This document shows, piece after piece, positions 39,621 to 46,090 of a DNA stretch of 64,000 nucleotides. Source of the stretch: Longimicrobiales bacterium (GTDB lineage: Bacteria > Gemmatimonadota > Gemmatimonadetes > Longimicrobiales > Gaopeijiaceae); the NCBI GenBank assembly GCA_965238005.1, contig OZ250165.1, positions 992,001-1,056,000 on the forward strand. Reading direction: 5' to 3'. Each line of letters begins with the position of its first letter. Position 1 is the first letter of the stretch. A program made the translations under genes and the position numbers. Below the pieces are notes generated by a model. It was not told the DNA's origin. It did not search any database and was given only the letters and a program-made list of their open reading frames with translations.

Positions 39621-40655
39621 GTGATAGCGTTCTTCGAGAGCGATATCGTGCAGCGCGCGACGTTCCTGATCGGCGGACTGCTCCTGGGCCTGCTGACCGA
39701 GAGGGTCGTGTTGGACCGCCTTCGCAAGTTGGCGACGAAGACGGAGTTCAAGTGGGACGACCTGCTCGCCGACGCGCTTCGCGGCATCCCCACCGTCTGG
39801 CTGACGTCCGGAGGCGTCTACCTCGCGGTGGGCGTAGGCGAGCCGGACGATTTGGTCGTCTCGTTGGTCAACACCATCCTGACCGTCGCACTGATCGGCT
39901 CGGTGGTCGTGAGCAGCATGAGGGCGGTGGGAGGGGCCGTCGAGCAGGTTTCCGCCCGGTCGTCGTTCCGCTCTCCGACACTGATAGTGAACCTCGCGCG
40001 GCTGTCGGTCGGCGTGCTCGGCGTCTTCATCATCCTGCAGAACCTCGACGTCGACATCACGCCGCTGGTCACCGCGTTTGGCTTGGGCGGCCTTGCCGTC
40101 GCTCTCGCACTCCAGGACACGCTCGGCAACCTGTTCGCCGGCGTGCAGATCATCCTGTCGGGGCAGGTGCGGCCCTTCGACTACGTGCGGCTGGCCAGCG
40201 GTGAAGAGGGATACATCACCGACGTGAAGGGACGGAACACCACGGTCCACACGTTCCCGGACGGCAACCTCGTGGTGGTACCCAACTCGACTCTCGCTAA
40301 CTCGATCGTGAAGAACTACAGCAAGCCCCGCCAGGCGCTGTGGGTGAGCACCGAAGTAGGGGTGTCGTACGACAGCGACCTGGAACACGTCGAGGCCGTC
40401 ACAACGGAGGTGGCGACGGGGGTGCTCTCGGACATGGAGGGTGGTCTGTCGGACAAGCCGATCGTCATCTTCCACACGTTCGGCGCATCCTCCATCGACT
40501 TCGAGGTGCGCATGATGGTAAAGGACTTCATGAGCCGGGGCCGCGTGCGGCATGAGTTCATCAAGCGCTTGCACCGGCGGTTCGCCGAGGAGGACATCGA
40601 GATCCCCTTCCCGATCCGTACCGTGGTGATGCAGGGCCCGAGTGAACCCGCCTAG
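39621..40655 (+). CDS. MscS-family mechanosensitive channel
   Basis: GLAVALALQDTLGNLFAG, VPNS, IEIPFP. Confidence 0.92.
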   Translation: MIAFFESDIVQRATFLIGGLLLGLLTERVVLDRLRKLATKTEFKWDDLLADALRGIPTVWLTSGGVYLAVGVGEPDDLVVSLVNTILTVALIGSVVVSSMRAVGGAVEQVSARSSFRSPTLIVNLARLSVGVLGVFIILQNLDVDITPLVTAFGLGGLAVALALQDTLGNLFAGVQIILSGQVRPFDYVRLASGEEGYITDVKGRNTTVHTFPDGNLVVVPNSTLANSIVKNYSKPRQALWVSTEVGVSYDSDLEHVEAVTTEVATGVLSDMEGGLSDKPIVIFHTFGASSIDFEVRMMVKDFMSRGRVRHEFIKRLHRRFAEEDIEIPFPIRTVVMQGPSEPA

Positions 40656-40724
40656 CGCAGACCCAGTCGAAGAGCTCCTTACCCTGACTCCCTGAGATGA
40701 CCGACAACACCCTGACTTCCTGAA

Positions 40725-40841
40725 ATGACCGATCACCTGATCACGCCCCACGGCGGCGAGCTCTTGGACCTCGTCGTCGATCGCGAGCGAGGGGACGAGC
40801 TCAGGGCCACATCGTTGGACTGGCCCTCGTGGGATCTCACC
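40725..40841 (+). pseudogene. N-terminal fragment of sulfate adenylyltransferase (Sat-like)
   Basis: MTDHLITPHGGELLDLVV...WPSWDLT. Confidence 0.6.
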
Positions 40842-40854
40842 AGGGAGCGCATAG

Positions 40855-41000
40855 ATGCGTACCAAGGGAACAGTGAAGTGGTTTAACGACCAGAAGGGCT
40901 TTGGGTTCATCACGGCGGAGGACGGCAGCAAGGACTGCTTGTCCACCACAACTCGATTCAGGCGGAGGGCTTCAAGTCCCTCGCTGAGGGAGCCTCGGTG
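40855..41000 (+). pseudogene. Cold-shock protein, frameshifted and truncated
   Basis: [16 protein letters not shown]; 1-nt loss near 40939 before [14 protein letters not shown]. Confidence 0.85.
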
Positions 41001-41011
41001 GTAGCGCTGTA

Positions 41012-43126
41012 GTGTCCGATCACGCTTCGGTGGTCGCGCAGGAACTCGGAGCGGCCGTCCAGCAGGTGCGGGCGACCTCCGAGCTCCTGACCAGCGGGGC
41101 GACGGTGCCTTTCATCGCCCGATACCGGAAGGAGGCCACAGGGTCTCTGGACGAGGTGGCGGTAGCCGCCGTCCGGGACCGCATGGCGCAGCTGGCCGAG
41201 CTCGACAAGCGCCGTGACTCGATCCTGGATTCGCTCTTGGAGAGAGGTCTCCTCGACGACGAGCTCCGACGTCGCGTCGTAGGCGCCGAGACCCTGCCGG
41301 CCCTCGAGGACGTCTATCTGCCCCACCGCCCGAAGCGGCGCACCCGGGCCATGGTGGCGAGGGAGCGGGGCCTGGAGCCTCTGGCGAAGGCCCTCTGGGC
41401 GCAGACCGGCGAATGGATCGACGTGGCGGTCTTCGTGGATCTCGAGCACGAAGTCGAGGACCGCGATGCCGCCCTCGCCGGAGCCAGGGACATCATCGCG
41501 GAAGACGTCAGCGAGGACCCGGAGGTCCGCCGCGATCTGCGTCATCTCTTCACCCAGCGAGCGCTCCTCGTCTCCACGGTGGTCAAGAAAAAGCAGGCCG
41601 AGGCGTCGAAGTTCCGGGACTATTTCGAGTGGTCCGAACCCCTTTCCCGGGCGCCGTCCCACCGGATCCTCGCCATCCTGCGGGGGAGCAACGAAGGCTT
41701 CCTCCGGGTGCAGGCGAGACCCGACGAGGCCGACGCCTTGGTGAGGCTGAGGCGGCGCCACCTGCGCGGGCACGGCTTCGACGGGGAGGAGGTAGGCCGC
41801 GCCCTCGACGATGCGTACAAGCGTCTGCTTCTCCCCAGCCTCGAGCGTGAAGCGCTGAAGGGGGCGAAGGCCCGCGCCGACAAGGATGCCATCCGGATCT
41901 TCGTCACGAATCTCCGTGAGCTCCTCATGGCGCCGCCCTTTCGGAACATACGGATGCTCGCCATAGACCCTGGCTTCCGGACCGGGTGCAAGGTCGTGGC
42001 GCTGGATGCCCAGGGAGCGCTCCTGCACAACACCACCGTATTTCCCACCCAGGGTCGGGGCCGGCGCGAGGCAGCCGAGCGGGTCGTCCGGGATCTCGTC
42101 CAACGCTTCTCCCCGGAGGCTGTCGCCGTCGGCAACGGCAAGGCGGGACGAGAGACCGAAGCCTTTATCAAGGACCTGGCCCTCGGGCCCACGGTGATCA
42201 TGGTCGACGAGAGCGGTGCGTCCATCTACAGCGCCAGTGACGTGGCCCGCGAGGAGCTGCCCGAGCACGACCTGACGGTCCGGGGTGCGGTCTCCATCGG
42301 GCGTCGCCTCCAGGATCCCCTGGCCGAGTTGGTGAAGATCGACCCCAAGTCCATCGGCGTAGGCCAGTACCAGCACGACGTGGATCAGACTGCGCTCAGA
42401 TCGGCGTTGGAAGACACCGTGGTGAGTTGCGTCAACGCGGTGGGCGTGGACCTCAACTCCGCCAGCGCGTCCCTTCTCACCTACGTGGCAGGGCTTGGGC
42501 CCGTGCTGGCCAAGAACGTCGTGCGCTGGCGTGACGAGAACGGCGCCTTTCGGACCCGGCGAAACCTGCTGAAGGTACCGCGGCTGGGCGGCAAGGCATT
42601 CGAGCAGGCGGCGGGCTTCCTCCGCATTCCCGACGGGTCACACGCTCTGGATGCGAGCGGCGTGCACCCGGAGCGCTACGCCCTGGTGGAACGTATGGCC
42701 AAGGACCAGGGATGTTCGGTAGGGGACCTGCTCACCGACCCGGGGCGCCGGAGCCGCATCGTCCTCGATCGCTACCTCGGTGAGGGTGTGGGCCGCCCCA
42801 CCCTGGACGACATCCTGGATGAGCTCGCCCGTCCGGGACGAGACCCCCGTCCCGCTTTCGAGGCCTTTTCCTTCGGCGACGTCCACGCCATCAGCGACTT
42901 GAAGCCCGGCATGGTTCTGCCCGGCATCGTCACCAACGTCACGGCCTTCGGTGCCTTCGTGGACATCGGCGTCCACCAAGACGGCCTCGTCCACGTGAGT
43001 CAACTAGCGGATCGCTACGTGAAGGACCCCAACGAGGTCGTCCGCATGCGTCAGCAGGTCCAGGTGCGCGTCCTCCAGGTCGACGTCGAGCGGAAGCGCA
43101 TCGGCCTTTCGATGAAGGAGGGGTAG
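41012..43126 (+). CDS. tex: Tex/YhgF RNA-binding transcription accessory protein
   Basis: TVPFIARYRKEATG, DPGFRTGCK, GVGQYQHDV, C-terminal S1 domain. Confidence 0.95.
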   Translation: MSDHASVVAQELGAAVQQVRATSELLTSGATVPFIARYRKEATGSLDEVAVAAVRDRMAQLAELDKRRDSILDSLLERGLLDDELRRRVVGAETLPALEDVYLPHRPKRRTRAMVARERGLEPLAKALWAQTGEWIDVAVFVDLEHEVEDRDAALAGARDIIAEDVSEDPEVRRDLRHLFTQRALLVSTVVKKKQAEASKFRDYFEWSEPLSRAPSHRILAILRGSNEGFLRVQARPDEADALVRLRRRHLRGHGFDGEEVGRALDDAYKRLLLPSLEREALKGAKARADKDAIRIFVTNLRELLMAPPFRNIRMLAIDPGFRTGCKVVALDAQGALLHNTTVFPTQGRGRREAAERVVRDLVQRFSPEAVAVGNGKAGRETEAFIKDLALGPTVIMVDESGASIYSASDVAREELPEHDLTVRGAVSIGRRLQDPLAELVKIDPKSIGVGQYQHDVDQTALRSALEDTVVSCVNAVGVDLNSASASLLTYVAGLGPVLAKNVVRWRDENGAFRTRRNLLKVPRLGGKAFEQAAGFLRIPDGSHALDASGVHPERYALVERMAKDQGCSVGDLLTDPGRRSRIVLDRYLGEGVGRPTLDDILDELARPGRDPRPAFEAFSFGDVHAISDLKPGMVLPGIVTNVTAFGAFVDIGVHQDGLVHVSQLADRYVKDPNEVVRMRQQVQVRVLQVDVERKRIGLSMKEG

Positions 43127-43184
43127 GGGCGCGTCGGTCCCCTCGCCACCGAAGCGCCCGAGGCGCCTCCGTGAAACCAAGGGG

Positions 43185-43213
43185 TTGACACTTCCGTACG
43201 ATGCCGTTAGATA
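43185..43213 (+). promoter_or_regulatory. Putative sigma70 promoter for the tRNA array
   Basis: TTGACA, 17-nt spacer, TAGATA. Confidence 0.45.
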
Positions 43214-43345
43214 GGTCGCCTGGGAGTCGCGTCCCGATGCAGTCAGCCCGGCCACGGCCGTGCTGGTGAGGCGTCGGCGGCGCGATTTTTTTCGCCCTTG
43301 GGCGTGATAGAACGACAGACGGAAACGAGAAAGAGGCACGATTCG

Positions 43346-43597
43346 ATGTTGAGGCAGATCGACAAATCAGAGCGCATCCAACGGCGATGGGTCCCCGCTG
43401 TGGGCGCCCTTACGCCCGGACGGCGCCTCGTAGCGCCGCGATCGGCGTGGGCCGAGGCTGCGCTCGGGATAGGGCCGAATCGATCCGAGCCGAGGAGCCA
43501 CATGAGGCATAGCAGACAGGATAGCAACGTCGCCCAACCGGAATACCGGCCAGCGACAGGAAAGAGACGCGCAGGATGGGAGGGAACCGTGCACTGA
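43346..43597 (+). CDS. Possible leader ORF (83 aa)
   Basis: GAGG RBS; stop lies 26 nt before the terminator hairpin. Confidence 0.3.
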   Translation: MLRQIDKSERIQRRWVPAVGALTPGRRLVAPRSAWAEAALGIGPNRSEPRSHMRHSRQDSNVAQPEYRPATGKRRAGWEGTVH

Positions 43598-43623
43598 GTA
43601 CGGGCCCCGACGGGATCTGCCCG

Positions 43624-43661
43624 AACGCCCCACCTGCGCAGGAAGCGGGTGGGGCGTTTTT
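43624..43661 (+). terminator. Intrinsic terminator upstream of the tRNA array
   Basis: AACGCCCCACCTGC / GCGGGTGGGGCGTT stem followed by a T-run. Confidence 0.75.
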
Positions 43662-43808
43662 CGTTCAGCGCCCACCCGAGCTGTTTGAAAACGATGCATG
43701 CGCGCCGGCGTTCCAAGCGCCCGGCGGCGTGTGGTGCTGAAAGAAAGAGACGCGACTCCCTGGACGCACCGCACGTCGTCGGTGCGTTTGGGCGGACCAG
43801 CAGACAAG

Positions 43809-43927
43809 GGGGCTGTAGCTCAGTCGTTAGAGCACTAGCCTCACCATTCATTCGCCCGCTTCTCGCGGGCCGAAGGCAGAGGATTATCGGAACCAAGTGG
43901 TCGCGGGTTCGAGTCCCGCCAGCCCTC
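43809..43927 (+). ncRNA. tRNA-shaped Y-RNA-like ncRNA
   Basis: Acceptor, D and T arms intact; anticodon arm replaced by a long stem containing GGCCGAAGGCAGAGGATTATC. Confidence 0.7.
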
Positions 43928-43994
43928 CTGCCTCTGTCTGATCGCCGGAAACAAGCTGCGTGAGCAGCGGCATCACTAGGTCTTGTGAGTTGTT

Positions 43995-44067
43995 TGCAGG
44001 GTAGGTGAGAGGCACCTCTCCGGGTCTCATGACGCGGAAACCGTGGGTTCGATTCCCGCCCCTGCGA
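43995..44067 (+). tRNA. tRNA-Met(CAT), degenerate
   Basis: CTCATGA loop; imperfect anticodon stem. Confidence 0.65.
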
Positions 44068-44072
44068 TCTAT

Positions 44073-44156
44073 GCCCCCGTGGCGGAACTGGTATACGCGG
44101 CCGGCTCAGACCCGGCTCCCGCATTCGGGTCGCAGGTTCGAATCCTGCCGGGGGTA
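44073..44156 (+). tRNA. tRNA-Leu(CAG)
   Basis: GCCGG-CTCAGAC-CCGGC; long variable arm. Confidence 0.9.
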
Positions 44157-44223
44157 CTGGGGTCGGGGCTAGCCCCTGCCGGAAGAATGCCGGCAAGAAG
44201 CCCGGTGAGGAGGAGGGAACTAT

Positions 44224-44307
44224 GGATGGTACCGTCGCATGGGCGGCAACCGGTCTTGAAAACCGGGGCGGCGTAACGGCTGGGGGGTTCGACTCCTCTG
44301 CCTTCCT
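44224..44307 (+). tRNA. tRNA-Ser(TGA)
   Basis: CCGGT-CTTGAAA-ACCGG; variable arm. Confidence 0.75.
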
Positions 44308-44313
44308 CTTCTT

Positions 44314-44397
44314 GGAATGCGAGTCGCATGGTGCGCAAGGTGGTTGCTAGCCACTGAGGGGCTCACGCCTCGTCAGGTTCGATTCCTGGGCATTCCT
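44314..44397 (+). tRNA. tRNA-Ser(GCT)
   Basis: GGTGG-TTGCTAG-CCACT; GGAATGC/GCATTCC acceptor. Confidence 0.8.
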
Positions 44398-44403
44398 CTT
44401 TGG

Positions 44404-44474
44404 AGCGGTATGGGAGCGGTCTCCCGCCGGGTCTCATGAGCCTGGCCTGGTCGGTTCGACTCCGACTGCCGCCA
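44404..44474 (+). tRNA. tRNA-Met(CAT), initiator-like
   Basis: 1:72 mismatch; CTCATGA loop. Confidence 0.7.
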
Positions 44475-44475
44475 T

Positions 44476-44548
44476 GTGGCCGAGGTCAAACAGGTTGCGG
44501 CACCGGGTTGTGAGCCCGGGGAAGTGGGTTCGAGCCCCACCGGCCACC
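44476..44548 (+). tRNA. tRNA-His(GTG)
   Basis: CCGGG-TTGTGAG-CCCGG; C73. Confidence 0.8.
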
Positions 44549-44549
44549 T

Positions 44550-44623
44550 TGGGGTGTGATCGTGACTGGTAACGATCCGGTCTCTTAAACCGGTCCATGT
44601 GGGTTCGAGTCCCACCGCCCCGA
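44550..44623 (+). tRNA. tRNA-Lys(CTT)
   Basis: CCGGT-CTCTTAA-ACCGG. Confidence 0.8.
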
Positions 44624-44627
44624 CTAT

Positions 44628-44699
44628 AGACCTGTAGCTCAGCGGTAGAGCATCCGTCTAATACGCGGAAGGCCGAAGGTTCGACTCCTTCTGGGTCTA
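44628..44699 (+). tRNA. tRNA-Ile(AAT), unusual A34
   Basis: TCCGT-CTAATAC-GCGGA; canonical D and T arms. Confidence 0.8.
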
Positions 44700-44703
44700 C
44701 TAT

Positions 44704-44863
44704 TGGAGTGTGGCCGATGTGGCAAGGCACTCGGTTGTTAGCCGAGACCATGTGGGTTCGAGCCGAGCGGTCCAGATGTCTACCGCATATGTGGCCCAGT
44801 TCATCTTCCGCGAGACGACTGAGGATTTCCGAAGGCGACCGCAGGTCAATCCCACCGCTCCAG
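44704..44863 (+). tRNA. tRNA-Asn(GTT) with 87-nt T-loop insert (44762-44848)
   Basis: CTCGG-TTGTTAG-CCGAG; GTGGG-TTCGA[insert]AT-CCCAC-CGCTCCA. Confidence 0.85.
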
Positions 44864-44866
44864 CTT

Positions 44867-44941
44867 GGTCTTGTGGGGGAGTCAGGAGTCCCCGCCTGGT
44901 TGTCAGCCAGGAGATCGTGGGTTCGAATCCCACCAGGACCG
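44867..44941 (+). tRNA. tRNA-Asp(GTC)
   Basis: CCTGG-TTGTCAG-CCAGG. Confidence 0.88.
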
Positions 44942-44962
44942 CTGCTTTATAGGCGATTTTTT

Positions 44963-45034
44963 GCCCCCTTCGTCTAATGGCTAGGATTGCGGCCTTTCAC
45001 GCCGCAGAAGACGGATCGAAACCGTCAGGGGGTA
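44963..45034 (+). tRNA. tRNA-Glu(TTC)
   Basis: GCGGC-CTTTCAC-GCCGC; T-loop ATCGAAA. Confidence 0.85.
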
Positions 45035-45037
45035 TCT

Positions 45038-45118
45038 GGAGGGGATGCCCCGGCGGTGGGGCAGCGGCCTGTAAAGCCGTGGCCATCGAGCAGGTTGGTT
45101 CGACTCCAACCCCCTTCA
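45038..45118 (+). tRNA. tRNA-Tyr(GTA)
   Basis: GCGGC-CTGTAAA-GCCGT. Confidence 0.85.
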
Positions 45119-45122
45119 CTAC

Positions 45123-45282
45123 AGAGTGGTAGCTTAGCGGCTAGAGCACGTGGTTCGGGACCACGGTGGCGTCGGTTCGAGCCGAGGCGGAGGTATGCTT
45201 ATCCGCGGTGCGGGCTAGAGGCAGACCGCCGAGACGAGCGAGGATCGCCGAAGGCGACCGCAGCTCAATCCGACTCACTCTA
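45123..45282 (+). tRNA. tRNA-Pro(CGG) with 87-nt T-loop insert (45181-45267)
   Basis: CGTGG-TTCGGGA-CCACG; GTCGG-TTCGA[insert]AT-CCGAC-TCACTCT. Confidence 0.85.
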
Positions 45283-45353
45283 TGACCCGTCGTCCAGCGG
45301 CAGGACACTGGGCTCTGAACCCAGAGACATAGGTTCGAATCCTATCGGGTCGG
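45283..45353 (+). tRNA. tRNA-Gln(CTG)
   Basis: CTGGG-CTCTGAA-CCCAG. Confidence 0.9.
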
Positions 45354-45359
45354 TTTATG

Positions 45360-45433
45360 CACCGTGCGTCGTGCGCTGGGCGCAGGCGGGGCTCCAAACC
45401 CCGCCTTGCTGGGTTCGATCCCTGCCACGGGCT
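45360..45433 (+). tRNA. tRNA-Trp(CCA), degenerate
   Basis: CGGGG-CTCCAAA-CCCCG; weak T and acceptor stems. Confidence 0.6.
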
Positions 45434-45436
45434 CTC

Positions 45437-45507
45437 CCTCGCCGGGGGAATGGTCGGCATCGGGACTACGAATCCTGATTGCGGTGGTTCGACTCCACCC
45501 GCGAGGA
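45437..45507 (+). tRNA. tRNA-Arg(ACG), degenerate D-arm
   Basis: CGGGA-CTACGAA-TCCTG. Confidence 0.7.
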
Positions 45508-45508
45508 C

Positions 45509-45577
45509 TGCTCCAGGGAAGGATTCCCCTCCGGGCTTCCGAAGCCTGGATGTCCGGTTCGAGTCCGGATGGGGCGA
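45509..45577 (+). tRNA. tRNA-Arg(CCG), shortened D-arm
   Basis: CGGGC-TTCCGAA-GCCTG. Confidence 0.65.
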
Positions 45578-45609
45578 TACGGTTCGAGTCCGACTCAGAT
45601 CTCTCTCAT

Positions 45610-45685
45610 GCTCCCTTAGCTCAGTCTGGCCAGAGCGGCAGGCTTACATCCTGCGCCGGCGGAGGTTCGAATCCTTCAGGGAGTA
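45610..45685 (+). tRNA. tRNA-Val(TAC)
   Basis: GCAGG-CTTACAT-CCTGC. Confidence 0.88.
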
Positions 45686-45712
45686 CTGACCCGTAGCCCC
45701 TCTCGGCACTTT

Positions 45713-45747
45713 GCGGGCGTATTCAGCTTCGGCGACGCCCGCCCCCA
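45713..45747 (+). pseudogene. Internally deleted tRNA remnant (Gly-like acceptor stem)
   Basis: GCGGGCG...CGCCCGC acceptor stem with most arms missing. Confidence 0.4.
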
Positions 45748-45748
45748 A

Positions 45749-45900
45749 CTGGAAGTGGCGCAGCGGCTAGCGTACCTGCTTCGGACGCAGGGGGTCGGTG
45801 GTTCGAGCCGAGCGGTCAGTCAGTGCTCGAAGGGCACGGCGGTCTCTGCGAGACCAGCGAGGAGGGCGAAGCCCGGCGCAGCTGAATCCACCCTTCCAGA
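45749..45900 (+). tRNA. tRNA-Pro(CGG) with 79-nt T-loop insert (45807-45885)
   Basis: CCTGC-TTCGGAC-GCAGG; GGTGG-TTCGA[insert]AT-CCACC-CTTCCAG. Confidence 0.82.
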
Positions 45901-46090
45901 CTCCTGCCTTCCCCGTCACTCCGGACGGTACGGGGCCGTCCATCAACGTTCTCGCATAGCCGTCCTCATGATGTACATGGCATGTACTGTACATGTCCTA
46001 GAATGTCATTTTACAGACTCGAAATCGTTGGGTCACGCCGTGCTGTTGCCCATGCAAACTGTTGGTCTACAAGCAGTTAGATCGTGAGAT

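Noticed and set aside
44224..44307. Selenocysteine or opal-suppressor tRNA
   Set aside because: The anticodon is TGA (Ser), not TCA, and it folds as 7/5.
43243..45696. ORFs overlapping the tRNA array (e.g. 43243-44196, 44987-45478)
   Set aside because: Shadow frames across structured RNA genes with no protein motifs.
44762..45885. Group I/II introns or CRISPR repeats as the explanation for the T-loop inserts
   Set aside because: At 79-87 nt they are too short, with no GUGYG 5' end, domain V, or U^...G group I boundaries, and they are not regularly spaced.
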